Part shown: positions 1-10,294 of the stretch, piece by piece
Layout: each line of letters begins with the position of its first letter
Numbering within the stretch: position 1 is the first letter of the stretch
NCBI GenBank assembly: GCA_035299065.1
Contig: DATGXI010000034.1
Span: forward strand, 6,232 to 70,231
From: Flavobacteriales bacterium
GTDB lineage: Bacteria; Bacteroidota; Bacteroidia; Flavobacteriales_D; UBA2798
Direction of reading: 5' to 3'
DNA: 64,000 nt
The notes under the pieces: generated by a model
Seen by the model: the letters and a program-made list of their open reading frames with translations, nothing else
Databases searched by the model: none
Told to the model about the DNA's origin: nothing
Made by a program: the position numbers and the translations under genes

Positions 1-1761
1 TTTGGTATTTCTCCGGCAGGAGAAGATCCATTGACCTTTGGTGAAGGTACCTGGCAAAGTTTAATGCGTACAATGGATGCGGGTACTGTTGGTGGCGATG
101 TTGGAGCCGGATACCGAACCGTAGGCTTGATCGTTACCATTGGTGGTATTTTTATTTTTTCAGCACTCATCGGGGTTTTATCAAACGGTATAAATGAAAA
201 ACTGGAAGAGTTAAGGAAAGGAAAAAGTTTTGTGATTGAAAAAGACCACACACTTATTCTTGGTTGGTCATCTAAAATTTTTACCATTATTTCAGAACTT
301 GTTATTGCAAACGAAAACCAAAAAAACCCGCGTATTGTCATTTTATCGGAACGTGAAAAAGTTGAAATGGAGGATGAAATTCGCAATAAGCTGGAAGACT
401 TGCGCAATACAAAGGTAATTTGCCGCCAGGGAAGCCCAAATGACCTGGTTGATCTTGGTATTGTAAATCCACATAGTGCAAAATCCATTATTGTACTTGC
501 ACCAGAAGAAGGAAATCCCGATCCCCTTACCATTAAAACAATTCTTGCCATAACCAATAACCCTGAAAGGCGTGAGGAGCCTTATCACATTATTGCTGAA
601 ATAAAGAACGAAAAAAACCTGGAAGTGGCGAAAATGGTTGGTAAGGATGAAGTAGAGCTTGTTTTAACCGATGATGTGATTGGACGCATCATGGTGCAAA
701 CTTCGCGTCAAAGCGGCTTAAGCATTGTATACACCGAATTAATGGATTTTGATGGAGCTGAAATTTACTTCAACGAGGAAAAGTCACTCATTGGCAAAAC
801 TTATGCCGAGGTTATTTTTGCTTACGTTGACTCAACCGTAATGGGTTTGCAATTTGCCAATGGCGATGTAAAAATAAACCCCGACATGAATTATGTGCTG
901 CAACCCGGTGATAAAGTTATTGCCATTACGGAAGATGATGACACCCTGGTAGCATCAAAAGACAAAACACCGCCAATTAATGAGGCCGCTATTGTGAACC
1001 TGAACTCAGAAAAAAAAGAATCGGAGCGAATTTTAATGCTTGGGTGGAACAAACGCGCGTTTATCATTATACGTGAAATGGACAATTATGTAAGCCAGGG
1101 ATCATACATGAAAGTTGTTTCAACATTTGACAATGACCGTGATGACATTCTTTCAATTGCCAAAACATTAAAAAACATTAAACTTGAGTTCATGCATGCC
1201 GACACAACCGCCCGTACAGTTATTGATGGGCTTGATGTGACTTCTTACAACAGCGTGCAGTTATTGTGTTACAAAGAGCACATGGAAATACAGGATGCCG
1301 ATGCACAAACATTGATTTCACTGCTCCACATTCGCAGGATTATGGAAGAAACCGGCAAGGACATGAAAATTGTAAGCGAAATGCTTGATTTGCGCAACAG
1401 GGACCTGGCCGAAGTAACCAAAGCCGATGACTTTATTGTAAGCGATAAATTAATTAGCTTGCTCATGTCACAGGTTTCAGAAAACAAATACCTGATGCGG
1501 GTATTTGAAGATTTGTTTGATGTGGATGGCAGCGAAATTTACCTCAAGCCAATGAGTGATTACATTAAACCTGGCTCAACCGTTGATTTTTACACTGTTC
1601 TTGAAAGTGCCCGCAGAAAAGGACAAACCGCCATAGGATACCGCCTTGCCGCGCTTTCTTACGATAGCTCAAAAGCATACGGCATTAATGCCAACCCGGT
1701 TAAAACAAAAACACATACGTTTACCGAAGAGGATAAATTGATTGTACTGGCCGAAGATTAA
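1..1761 (+). CDS. CASTOR/POLLUX-type ion channel with two RCK (TrkA-N-like) domains; 5' end lies outside the window
   Basis: The frame is open from base 1, with no stop before the TTG at 31. A pore-like GTVGGD is followed by TM helix LIVTIGGIFIFSALIGVL. Two RCK-type beta-alpha starts are present (HTLILGWSSK, RILMLGWNKR). Confidence 0.7.
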   Translation, partial: FGISPAGEDPLTFGEGTWQSLMRTMDAGTVGGDVGAGYRTVGLIVTIGGIFIFSALIGVLSNGINEKLEELRKGKSFVIEKDHTLILGWSSKIFTIISELVIANENQKNPRIVILSEREKVEMEDEIRNKLEDLRNTKVICRQGSPNDLVDLGIVNPHSAKSIIVLAPEEGNPDPLTIKTILAITNNPERREEPYHIIAEIKNEKNLEVAKMVGKDEVELVLTDDVIGRIMVQTSRQSGLSIVYTELMDFDGAEIYFNEEKSLIGKTYAEVIFAYVDSTVMGLQFANGDVKINPDMNYVLQPGDKVIAITEDDDTLVASKDKTPPINEAAIVNLNSEKKESERILMLGWNKRAFIIIREMDNYVSQGSYMKVVSTFDNDRDDILSIAKTLKNIKLEFMHADTTARTVIDGLDVTSYNSVQLLCYKEHMEIQDADAQTLISLLHIRRIMEETGKDMKIVSEMLDLRNRDLAEVTKADDFIVSDKLISLLMSQVSENKYLMRVFEDLFDVDGSEIYLKPMSDYIKPGSTVDFYTVLESARRKGQTAIGYRLAALSYDSSKAYGINANPVKTKTHTFTEEDKLIVLAED

Positions 1762-2108
1762 ATTATTTGTTCCAGCGATTGATTGTCCCGGCCAATTACC
1801 GCCTTGTCTTGTTTTACAAGAATAGGACGTTGCATAAGCACAGGATATTGGACTATTAAATACAGGTACTCATCATCGGTGTAACTTTTTTGACTGAATT
1901 TTTCAATAAACAAAGGTTCTTTTGTTCGCACAATGTCAATAGGCTTTAATCCAAGTTTATTCAAAATTGATTTTAAATCTTCAACTGAAGGTGTTTCAGA
2001 AAGGTATTCAATAAGCTTTGGTGTAATGCCCTGTGCCTTCAAAAAATCAAGCGCAAACAGGCACTTGCTGCACGATGGATTGTAATACATGCGAATTTCT
2101 TCGCTCAT
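1758..2108 (-). CDS. ArsC/Spx-family thioredoxin-fold protein (arsenate-reductase-like)
   Basis: 116 aa. N-terminal YYNPSCSKC redox-type motif and the size are typical of the ArsC/YffB family. 4-bp stop/stop overlap with the convergent channel gene. Confidence 0.65.
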   Translation of the reverse strand: MSEEIRMYYNPSCSKCLFALDFLKAQGITPKLIEYLSETPSVEDLKSILNKLGLKPIDIVRTKEPLFIEKFSQKSYTDDEYLYLIVQYPVLMQRPILVKQDKAVIGRDNQSLEQII

Positions 2109-3298
2109 TAATTTAAAATAGCTTCAACACCAACCAATGTTCCGTTTTCAATGTATTCAAGTAAAGCACCACCACCTGTTGAAACATAACTAACCTTATT
2201 GGCCAATTTATATTTATTTATTGCTGCAACACTATCACCACCACCAATAAGCGTATACGCCCCTGTTTCAGTAGCTGCTGCTACTGCCAGTGCCACTGCC
2301 TTGGTGCCCTCTTCGAAATTGCTCATTTCAAAAACACCCATTGGACCATTCCATAAAACTGTTTTTGATTTTTTTATGACATCGGTAAATTTTTTAATGG
2401 ATTCAGGGCCTATGTCCAATCCCATCATTCCCTCAGGTACTGCATTTATGGCCGACATGCCTGTTTTAGCATTGTTGTCAAACTTATCAGCTGTTTTTGT
2501 ATCAATGGGCAAATGAATGGCAACCCCCTTTTGTTTGGCTGTTTCCAGTAATTTTAAAGCTGTTTCCAGGCGATCATCTTCACACAGCGAATTTCCTATT
2601 TTTCCGCCTTGTGCTTTTGCAAAGGTGTAAGCCATACCACCTCCAATAATGATATCGGTTACCTTATCCAGCAATTGTTCAATGATTAAAATTTTATCAG
2701 AAACTTTTGCGCCTCCAATTATTGCTGTAAATGGTTTATCGGCATGGTTCAATACTTTGGTAATGCTGGCCACCTCACCCGCCATTACATAGCCAAATAC
2801 TTTATCGTTTGGGAAAAATTTTGCCACAACGGTAGTTGAGGCATGGGCACGGTGTGCGGTACCAAAAGCATCGTTCACGTATACGTTTCCATGCTTTGCC
2901 AGTTTTTGCGCAAATTCTTCATCGCCTTTTTCTTCTGCTTTATAAAAACGAAGGTTCTCCAGCAATAAAACTTCACCCGGTTTTAAGGATGCTGATTTTT
3001 CAAAGGCATCGGCACCTATGCAATCGTTAGCAAACTTAACTTCAACACCAAGCGCGGCTGACAAATGTTTTACCAGGTGTTTCAACGAAAATTTTTCCTC
3101 GGGTTTTTCTTTGGGCCTTCCAAGGTGGCTCATCAAAACAACTGATCCACCATCTTTCAGTATTTTTTTAATGGTGGGAATGGCCGCTTTTGTGCGGGTA
3201 TCATCAGTGATCTCAAATTTATCGTTAAGAGGCACGTTAAAATCAACGCGAATCAAGGCTTTTTTTCCAGCGAAATTATAATTGTCAACCGTTTTCAT
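2108..3298 (-). CDS. pgk: phosphoglycerate kinase
   Basis: 396 aa. Motifs [26 protein letters not shown] and STGGGA. Confidence 0.95.
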   Translation of the reverse strand: MKTVDNYNFAGKKALIRVDFNVPLNDKFEITDDTRTKAAIPTIKKILKDGGSVVLMSHLGRPKEKPEEKFSLKHLVKHLSAALGVEVKFANDCIGADAFEKSASLKPGEVLLLENLRFYKAEEKGDEEFAQKLAKHGNVYVNDAFGTAHRAHASTTVVAKFFPNDKVFGYVMAGEVASITKVLNHADKPFTAIIGGAKVSDKILIIEQLLDKVTDIIIGGGMAYTFAKAQGGKIGNSLCEDDRLETALKLLETAKQKGVAIHLPIDTKTADKFDNNAKTGMSAINAVPEGMMGLDIGPESIKKFTDVIKKSKTVLWNGPMGVFEMSNFEEGTKAVALAVAAATETGAYTLIGGGDSVAAINKYKLANKVSYVSTGGGALLEYIENGTLVGVEAILN

Positions 3299-3406
3299 TT
3301 GAAACTATTTAATGGGCAAATATGGGAAAAAAACGGTTTTTTAAACCAACTGCACATTGGAGTTTATCAAACAGAAACGATGTGTAATAAATTGAAGTTG
3401 AATATT

Positions 3407-3811
3407 TTATTTAATTACAACGCCCTTTTTGTTGAGAACCGGAACATTTATGCAATTTTCTTTACGAATTGTTTCGGGCAGGAAAATAAATTTTTTGTCA
3501 AACATTATTTTGCCCAGGTAAAAGCTTACCCAATATTCATTGTTCAGGCAAAATACATCTTCAACAATTGGTTCAATTTTTTTAAACGTTTTTGGCTCCA
3601 GTACGTCCAAAAAATGCCGTAGCTCGGATGTAGCTCTTTTCTCATTTTGAATTTCACCATAACCACGCGATGATACAAGCACCCCTTCAATTGGTTCGCT
3701 TTTCAAATTGACAATGTAAACATTCCATTCCTCTACATTTTCGTCATTTACTTCGTTTACTACAGCTACAGCTACATCGGTAACTTTTGGTATTTCTATA
3801 TCTTTACGCAT
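3407..3811 (-). CDS. hypothetical protein
   Basis: 134-aa ORF, tightly packed (1-bp gap) upstream of the next minus-strand gene. No recognisable motif. Confidence 0.5.
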   Translation of the reverse strand: MRKDIEIPKVTDVAVAVVNEVNDENVEEWNVYIVNLKSEPIEGVLVSSRGYGEIQNEKRATSELRHFLDVLEPKTFKKIEPIVEDVFCLNNEYWVSFYLGKIMFDKKFIFLPETIRKENCINVPVLNKKGVVIK

Positions 3812-3812
3812 T

Positions 3813-4994
3813 CTATTTAAAACTTAAGGCCATGTCAATCATGGCAAACAAATCTTTGGGTTGATCATCAGCACGCTTGTCGCCTCGTTTATGGCCCGTT
3901 CTTACTATTATTATATTTTCTGAAGGAATACATACAATGTATTGTCCTTTTATTCCCCTGGCATAAAACACCTTTTTGTTTTGGTGACTTGTTATCCACC
4001 AGCAATATCCGTACCGGTCATTTTTATCACCTTCCGTTGTTGTCAAATCGGCAGGAATAACGCTTTGTGCAGCATAGGTACTGTCAATTACCTGTTCTCC
4101 ATTCCATTCGCCATTATTCATCATAAGTTTACCCAGTCGGGCAAAATCACGTGAGGTGGCATATAAACAACAATATGATTTTTCAACCCCGTTTTTGGCA
4201 TCAAGGCTCCAGTATGCGCTATTTTCGGCCCCAACTTTTTTCCAGATTTTTTCAGATGCGTATGCAGCCAGTGTTTTGCCGGTTACTTTTTGAAGGATCA
4301 TAGCCAATACCTGCTGGCTGCCACTTTTGTAATCAAAAACTTTTCCGGGATTTTTACCATACTCAACCGACTCCATTTTTGTGTTTAAATCGGTTCCGTA
4401 ATACGCTTCGGCATTATCTGATAAAGGGTTCCAGGCACTTTCATTCCACACCATGTCAGAACTCATGGTTAACAAATGGCGTATGGTGATTTTTTTTCGG
4501 GTTCCTTCACTATAACCACTTAAGTACTTGCTCACCGGGTCATCAATGCTGTTTATTTTCCCTTCAGCCTGGGCCACACCAATAAGCAATCCAACAACCG
4601 ATTTAGCAATGGAAAACGAATTGCTGCGCTCTTTTTCACCATAGCCATCAAAATACTCTTCGTATAAAAGCGAGTCGTTTTTAAAAACCAGGAATGAAGT
4701 TGTTGAAAGGCTTGTAAGTGAATTGCGTTGCTCTTCTGTTAATTTATATTTATTGTATTTTTTTGATAACGGCCATGGTTGTGCATTTGCAATTTCAACT
4801 TCACGGCTATGGAAATAATCTTTATCAAAAATACCCGGCCCCATTTGACCATGCAAAAACGTATAATACACTGCGCGGTAAATGTAAAAATTGCCGGTAA
4901 TAAGAATATAAAGGTTAGCTATAACAAGAAACGCTATAAGGAATTTTAAAAAATACCCGCCTGTACGTTTAAGAATATGCAGGAATTTTTTCAA
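3813..4994 (-). CDS. serine hydrolase, beta-lactamase/transpeptidase-like family
   Basis: 393 aa. N-terminal TM anchor and an S-x-x-K motif (SIAK) in the expected context (NSFSIAKSVVGLL). Confidence 0.7.
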   Translation of the reverse strand: MKKFLHILKRTGGYFLKFLIAFLVIANLYILITGNFYIYRAVYYTFLHGQMGPGIFDKDYFHSREVEIANAQPWPLSKKYNKYKLTEEQRNSLTSLSTTSFLVFKNDSLLYEEYFDGYGEKERSNSFSIAKSVVGLLIGVAQAEGKINSIDDPVSKYLSGYSEGTRKKITIRHLLTMSSDMVWNESAWNPLSDNAEAYYGTDLNTKMESVEYGKNPGKVFDYKSGSQQVLAMILQKVTGKTLAAYASEKIWKKVGAENSAYWSLDAKNGVEKSYCCLYATSRDFARLGKLMMNNGEWNGEQVIDSTYAAQSVIPADLTTTEGDKNDRYGYCWWITSHQNKKVFYARGIKGQYIVCIPSENIIIVRTGHKRGDKRADDQPKDLFAMIDMALSFK

Positions 4995-5713
4995 TGCTGC
5001 GTGTTTAATTGTTTAACGAAGTTAAAAGAAAAAATGTTTGCCATGTTGTCAAGTAAGCGTTGTTTCATTTCATTCATATCAATTTCACGTCCAAGTTCCT
5101 TTTGGACTGATGTAACCGCTTTGTCATTTATACCACATGGAACTATAAAATTAAAATAGTCAAGATTTGTATTCACGTTAAAACCAATGCCGTGCATGGT
5201 AACCCACCTACTGCATTTTACACCCATGGCACAAATTTTTCGCGCTTTTAAAGGATTATCGCCATCAATCCACACGCCTGTAAGCCCATTAACCCTACCT
5301 CCCTTTATTCCATACTCATTCAATGTCAAAATCACCACTTCCTCAAGGTAGCGAAGGTATTGGTGGATATCGGTAAAAAAATTGTCAAGGTTTAAAATTG
5401 GATAAACCACCAGTTGACCGGGACCATGATACGTAATATCACCACCGCGATTTATTTTATAAAAAGTTGCGTTTTTCGATTCGAGTAATTCATTATTAAG
5501 CAACATGTTTTTTTCATCGCCACTTTTGCCAAGCGTATACACATGTGCATGTTCACACATAAGCAGGTAATTTTTGGTAGGCGTTTTGGGATGAACACCC
5601 GCGGTACGTTGCTCCAACTTTTCCTCTACAACCCGGTTAAAGAGCTGCTCCTGGAAATCCCAGGCCTCCTTGTAATCGATCAGGCCAAGGTCTATGGTTT
5701 CAACAGTTACCAT
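4991..5713 (-). CDS. lipB: lipoyl(octanoyl) transferase
   Basis: 240 aa. RGGDITYHGPGQLVVYP and a KICAMGVK catalytic-Lys region. Confidence 0.9.
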   Translation of the reverse strand: MVTVETIDLGLIDYKEAWDFQEQLFNRVVEEKLEQRTAGVHPKTPTKNYLLMCEHAHVYTLGKSGDEKNMLLNNELLESKNATFYKINRGGDITYHGPGQLVVYPILNLDNFFTDIHQYLRYLEEVVILTLNEYGIKGGRVNGLTGVWIDGDNPLKARKICAMGVKCSRWVTMHGIGFNVNTNLDYFNFIVPCGINDKAVTSVQKELGREIDMNEMKQRLLDNMANIFSFNFVKQLNTQH

Positions 5714-6699
5714 TATATTTTATCCAATTCTCCTTTCAAATGATTGATCACTTCAATTTCAATCGGATCTTTCTCATTTAGCTGCGCAAGGTATAAAGAA
5801 ACCCAATCGCCAAGATGTATAAGATGAATTGTTTGTAAAATAACCTCATCACCATTTGCATATACATCCAACACGTTAGCTGTGTATTTATGAATTACTT
5901 CCTTGTTTATTTCAATACGGGTATTGTTACGTGTGTATTCCGTTTTTGTTCGTAAAAACAAAACGGCCAAGGCATCATCTTTTTTACGCCAACCCACTAA
6001 TTCATTGTGGTTCATTTCAGGCACAACGTGGTGTGAACACAATTGTTTTGAGTTTTCATTTATTTGCTGCCTCCAGCGTATGGCAATTCCTTCGTTATAG
6101 GTGGTTGTATAAAGTATAGGAAATTTACCAAAAATAAAAGCTGCAATATGACGGCCCTGCTGCATGATGGCCGCTTTATTGGTAATAATATAATTAGCGG
6201 CATTGTTAATTTTTGGAAGTGGATTTTCAACAATACAGCCAATTTTGTGAAGGAGGGCCAGTTGCTGCACCAGTGAAAAACCCAGGCATGCTCTGGGAGG
6301 CATGCCTCCCGGTATAATTACATGGGGCAAGCCTTGTTTTTTAGCAAAGTCGGCAATTTTACCACCCGAGGTAATGCACACAATTTGAGCGCCTTTTTTA
6401 TAAGCAAGCTCAAGCGCATGAAACGTTTCTTCGGTATTACCCGAATAGGATGATATAATAACCAGGGTGTTTTCATTTACATAACCGGGAATGAAATAGG
6501 TTTTGGATACCTGAATAGGGTATTTTGTTTCAGCCTGGGCTATTTCAGCTGCAATATTACCGCCTATACCAGACCCGCCAAGACCTGAAATAAGAACGTT
6601 ATGAATGGGTTTAACCGGTGTAAAATCAATGGTTTTGGCTATTTCAACGGCATTGTGTAACTGCTTTCCAAAGCCATCAATCAAATCATGCATGTCCAT
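5713..6699 (-). CDS. bifunctional phosphoglucose/phosphomannose isomerase (SIS domain)
   Basis: 328 aa. SIS motifs GLGGSGIGG and ISSYSGNTEET. 1-bp overlap with lipB. Confidence 0.75.
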   Translation of the reverse strand: MDMHDLIDGFGKQLHNAVEIAKTIDFTPVKPIHNVLISGLGGSGIGGNIAAEIAQAETKYPIQVSKTYFIPGYVNENTLVIISSYSGNTEETFHALELAYKKGAQIVCITSGGKIADFAKKQGLPHVIIPGGMPPRACLGFSLVQQLALLHKIGCIVENPLPKINNAANYIITNKAAIMQQGRHIAAFIFGKFPILYTTTYNEGIAIRWRQQINENSKQLCSHHVVPEMNHNELVGWRKKDDALAVLFLRTKTEYTRNNTRIEINKEVIHKYTANVLDVYANGDEVILQTIHLIHLGDWVSLYLAQLNEKDPIEIEVINHLKGELDKI

Positions 6700-6873
6700 A
6701 AGGCAAATATATCAAAACACTGGTAACGGCAAGGGGGAAAGTTTAGTGTTTAAGCAGTTTACAGTTGTTTCGTTTACAGTTTACAGTTGTTTAGTTCTGA
6801 GTTATTGGTTTGCGCTGATTTATATTGCCGGATGGTCAATTTTGTGGCTAAACAATGATATTATGCCCATAAC

Positions 6874-6974
6874 CTGCCAGGGATAGCCGTGAAAAGCCCG
6901 CAGCCAGCGAAGATTCAATGTTTAAACTTCAATATTAAGGCGAGGACCTGGAACGGATAGCCCGGCCCGAAACC
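6874..6974 (+). repeat. GC-rich bipartite dispersed repeat, copy 1
   Basis: CTGCCAGGGATAGCCGTGAAAAGCCCGCAGCC, an AT-rich core with TTAAGGC, then GAGGACCTGGAACGGATAGCCCGGCCCGA. Related copies are at 39780-39892 (reverse) and 41094-41180. Confidence 0.6.
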
Positions 6975-7152
6975 ATGCGTTATTCCTTTGTAAGTGATTT
7001 ATGGTTTGGTTGAGGGGGCAGCCAAATTGCTGCTACATTCAAGTGGGAAACGATGAGTTTGGACGTGTCTCAACCTTAAACTGCGAGCTGTAAACGGCAT
7101 AACTCTGTTTTTCACTGTTGGAAACTCTTTTTTATCCAATACCCCAAAACTC

Positions 7153-7160
7153 TATATTTG
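7153..7160 (+). promoter_or_regulatory. candidate Bacteroidota -7 promoter box (TAnnTTTG) for lysS
   Basis: TATATTTG lies 17 nt upstream of the lysS ATG. Confidence 0.4.
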
Positions 7161-7176
7161 GAACCTCAAAAATTAC

Positions 7177-8703
7177 ATGATTATGGTTGCTGAATTGACC
7201 GAACAGGAAGTAGTACGCAGGAATAAACTGGCCGAAATACGCGAATTAGGTATTGACCCTTACCCTGCCCAGGAATTTGTAGTTACGCACGACTCCAAAT
7301 CGGTAAAGGATGTTTTTAAACCCGAAATGACAGGGTTTGAAAATGTAACCATGGCCGGACGCATTATGAGCCTGCAGCCAAAAGGCAAAGCAAGTTTTGC
7401 CAAAATACAGGACAGTACCGGTAAAATGCAGCTGTTTATTGGAATTGATAATTTATGTCCCGGTGAAGACAAGACCATGTACAACAAAATGGTTTTGCAC
7501 TTACTTGATATTGGCGATTTCATTGGTGTGAAAGGTGAGATTTTTATTACCAAGACAGGGGAAACCACTTTGCGTGTGAAAGAATTAACACTGCTGTGCA
7601 AAACCCTGCGCCCACTGCCCATTGTAAAAACCGATGAACAAGGCAATGTATTTGATGCATTTGTTGACCCTGAAAAACGTTACCGTATGCGTTATGTTGA
7701 TTTGGTGGTGAATGATGGTGTAAAAGAAGTTTTTATCAAACGAACCAAACTGGTAAATTCATTGCGCAATACGTTTAATAGCCGTGGTTACATTGAAGTG
7801 GAAACACCGGTTTTACAACCCATACACGGTGGTGCGGCCGCACGTCCTTTTATGACACACCATAATGCACTTGATATGCCTTTGTACCTGCGCATAGCCA
7901 ATGAGCTTTATTTAAAGCGTTTGATTGTAGGCGGATTTGAAGGCGTGTATGAGTTCTCAAAAAATTTCAGGAATGAAGGCATTGACCGTACCCACAACCC
8001 TGAATTTACAGCCATGGAAATTTACGTGGCGTATAAGGATTATAACTGGATGATGGATTTTACCGAGGAAATGATTGAAAAAGTGGCGATGGATGTGAAT
8101 GGGCAAACCAACGTAAAAGTTGGCGAAAACGAAATTGAATTTAAAAAACCGTACAAGCGCATAAGCATGTACGATGCCATTAAAGAACATACGGGTTTTG
8201 ACATAAGCCAAATGGATGAGGCCGGTATTCGCGAAGTGTGTAAAAAATTAGGTATTGATGTTGACCCAAAAGTGGGTAAAGGAAAATTGATTGATGAGAT
8301 TTTTGGCGCAAAATGCGAGCACATGTACATTCAACCCACGTTTATTACCGACTACCCCGTTGAAATGAGCCCGCTCACCAAAAAACACCGTAGCAAACCA
8401 GGACTTGTTGAGCGTTTTGAATTGTTTGTGAACGGTAAAGAAATTGCCAATAGTTATAGCGAGTTGAATGATCCAATTGAGCAGCGTGAACGGTTTGAAG
8501 AACAAATGAAATTGGGTGAACGTGGCGATGATGAGGCCATGGTAATTGACCATGACTTTTTGCGTGCGCTGGAATACGGCATGCCGCCTACCTCAGGTCT
8601 GGGTATTGGTATTGACAGGTTGTGTATGTTCATGACCAACCAGGCCAGCATACAGGAAGTGTTGTTTTTCCCACAAATGCGCCCTGAACAAATTAAGGAT
8701 TAG
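7177..8703 (+). CDS. lysS: lysine--tRNA ligase (class II)
   Basis: 508 aa. OB-fold N-terminus, FRNEG, and class II motif 3 GLGIGIDRL. Confidence 0.95.
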   Translation: MIMVAELTEQEVVRRNKLAEIRELGIDPYPAQEFVVTHDSKSVKDVFKPEMTGFENVTMAGRIMSLQPKGKASFAKIQDSTGKMQLFIGIDNLCPGEDKTMYNKMVLHLLDIGDFIGVKGEIFITKTGETTLRVKELTLLCKTLRPLPIVKTDEQGNVFDAFVDPEKRYRMRYVDLVVNDGVKEVFIKRTKLVNSLRNTFNSRGYIEVETPVLQPIHGGAAARPFMTHHNALDMPLYLRIANELYLKRLIVGGFEGVYEFSKNFRNEGIDRTHNPEFTAMEIYVAYKDYNWMMDFTEEMIEKVAMDVNGQTNVKVGENEIEFKKPYKRISMYDAIKEHTGFDISQMDEAGIREVCKKLGIDVDPKVGKGKLIDEIFGAKCEHMYIQPTFITDYPVEMSPLTKKHRSKPGLVERFELFVNGKEIANSYSELNDPIEQRERFEEQMKLGERGDDEAMVIDHDFLRALEYGMPPTSGLGIGIDRLCMFMTNQASIQEVLFFPQMRPEQIKD

Positions 8704-8838
8704 CTTGATTTCAAAGCGCATTCATGAGCATCAAAAAAAAAATTATGTTTGCGAATAAATGCGCCCTGAACAAATTAAGGATTAGCTTGATTTCAAAGCG
8801 CATTCATGAGCATCAATTAAAAAAAATGTTTGCGAATA
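8675..8838 (+). repeat. tandem duplication (2 x 82 bp) spanning the lysS stop codon
   Basis: Unit 1 is 8675-8756 and unit 2 is 8757-8838. The first 60 nt are identical (AAATGCGCCCTGAACAAATTAAGGATTAGCTTGATTTCAAAGCGCATTCATGAGCATCAA). The tails are near-identical and end in TGTTTGCGAATA. Confidence 0.9.
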
Positions 8839-8890
8839 CATTAAGCCTGAAAAAAGAGCAGAATAAAATACATTTCAATTTGTATAACAC

Positions 8891-9436
8891 ATGAACAAAA
8901 ACATTATTACCGAAATTATTTGGTTTGTTGCCTTTGCTGTTTTGGCAGCAGGCGTTTATTTTGGCTTGGGCGTTCAGGCTTCATTTGACAACCTCATCAG
9001 GAGTTTTGACTCGGATCCATTGGTACAATTTGCTTCCTACGTACCCGCCAAACTCATTGTAATATGTTTTGTACTTGTTGCTTTTGTTGGTTACCTGGTG
9101 CGCATCATTGTTCAAAAAGGCCTTAACAACGCAACCCTAATTACCGGAACCGCTGTTTTGTTGGTGGCCCTTATTGCATTTAACGATATGAAAACTTATT
9201 TGAACCTTGTGGGTGTAGATTTCAAGCATTTTAAACTTTCTTTACTTGGTTCAGGCGGAAATTTATTTCCTGCCGCTGCAAAACTTATGACCTGGTTAAA
9301 AGTGGGTATGGGCGCATTTGCCATCAATTTATTGGTAAATGCTTATTTTATTTACCGAAACTACAACGAAAAGAAGCCCGTACCGGTTGACGAAAATATG
9401 AATGCCGATGCACCCATTGACCAGGTAAACGTTTAA
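8891..9436 (+). CDS. hypothetical multi-pass membrane protein
   Basis: 181 aa with about 5 hydrophobic helices. Confidence 0.5.
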   Translation: MNKNIITEIIWFVAFAVLAAGVYFGLGVQASFDNLIRSFDSDPLVQFASYVPAKLIVICFVLVAFVGYLVRIIVQKGLNNATLITGTAVLLVALIAFNDMKTYLNLVGVDFKHFKLSLLGSGGNLFPAAAKLMTWLKVGMGAFAINLLVNAYFIYRNYNEKKPVPVDENMNADAPIDQVNV

Positions 9437-9466
9437 CAGGTACTTTATAGCTGGCCTGAAAAAACG

Positions 9467-9474
9467 TATATTTG
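9467..9474 (+). promoter_or_regulatory. candidate -7 box (TATATTTG)
   Basis: Matches TAnnTTTG, 5 nt upstream of the ATG at 9480. Confidence 0.3.
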
Positions 9475-9479
9475 GTTGG

Positions 9480-10247
9480 ATGAAAGTTTTTCCAGGACTA
9501 TTTTTTCTTATGCTTTCACTTCCTGTTTTTTCGCAGGAAGATACAACCCATATTAGTACCGATAGGCCTGACCAGAGTGATGGAGCCTATATTGTGCGGC
9601 CTGCTGTTTTACAACTTGAAACAGGTACCTATGTAAACACGCTTGACCAATACAACCAGGCATTGGTACAATCAACTATGCTGCGGTATGGCCTGGTAAA
9701 CCGCGTTGAATTACGTGTTTTATTTGATGCGGGAATTTTTAATAACCAATATGCACATACCAGTTCCAACGGCATTTTTCCGCTTACTTTTTGCTCAAAA
9801 ATAAACCTTGTTAAGGGTAAAAGCATTGTACCTGATATTACCCTGTCGGGGTATTTGCGTTTGCCATTTACCGCTTCTGAAAATTTACGCACACCACATT
9901 ACGCGCAAACAGGCATACTTGTGTTGCAAAAGACCATTGGAAAAATGTTTACTGTTGCCTTAAATGCAGGTATTTCGCGCAGCGGTTTTGATAAATCCCT
10001 TTCATACCCTGTAACAGCGGTTTTCATACTTGCGCCACAAGCGCATTTTAGTTTTTTTGGCGAATATTATGCCAGCTATCAAACACAATGCCTTCCCTTA
10101 AATAACATTGATTTTGGATTTCTATATTGCACACATCACCATATACAACTTGATGTTGCCTTTGGAACTACGTTATTGCCGAATGTAAAAAGTAATTTTG
10201 TAACGGCCGGATTTTCGTACAGATTTAGTTCGCTGAAAAATAAGTGA
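9480..10247 (+). CDS. outer-membrane beta-barrel protein (MetA-pathway/transporter-like family)
   Basis: 255 aa. Signal peptide ending in SQ, N-terminal STDRPDQSDG motif, alternating beta-strand pattern, C-terminal aromatic residue. Confidence 0.55.
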   Translation: MKVFPGLFFLMLSLPVFSQEDTTHISTDRPDQSDGAYIVRPAVLQLETGTYVNTLDQYNQALVQSTMLRYGLVNRVELRVLFDAGIFNNQYAHTSSNGIFPLTFCSKINLVKGKSIVPDITLSGYLRLPFTASENLRTPHYAQTGILVLQKTIGKMFTVALNAGISRSGFDKSLSYPVTAVFILAPQAHFSFFGEYYASYQTQCLPLNNIDFGFLYCTHHHIQLDVAFGTTLLPNVKSNFVTAGFSYRFSSLKNK

Positions 10248-10294
10248 AGCATATTTACCCGCGAACAGTAAACTGATCAACTGCAAACTGCAAA

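Noticed and set aside
2199-3281. Antisense or alternative-frame ORFs within pgk. Similar shadow ORFs occur inside lysS, hemA, the sulfatases, GT4, the O-antigen ligase, the RND exporter, leuS, the PP2C genes and the NACHT gene.
   Set aside because: Each overlaps a longer ORF with strong family motifs on the other strand or frame. These are typical shadow ORFs.
6700-7176. Possible lysine riboswitch or T-box leader in the 470-bp region upstream of lysS, and ORF 6605-6886.
   Set aside because: I could not recognise the conserved L-box or T-box core elements. The region is instead occupied by CAGTTTACAG-type short repeats and the GC-rich dispersed repeat. The ORF is a repeat translation (FTVVSFTVYS) overlapping the pgi/pmi-like gene start.
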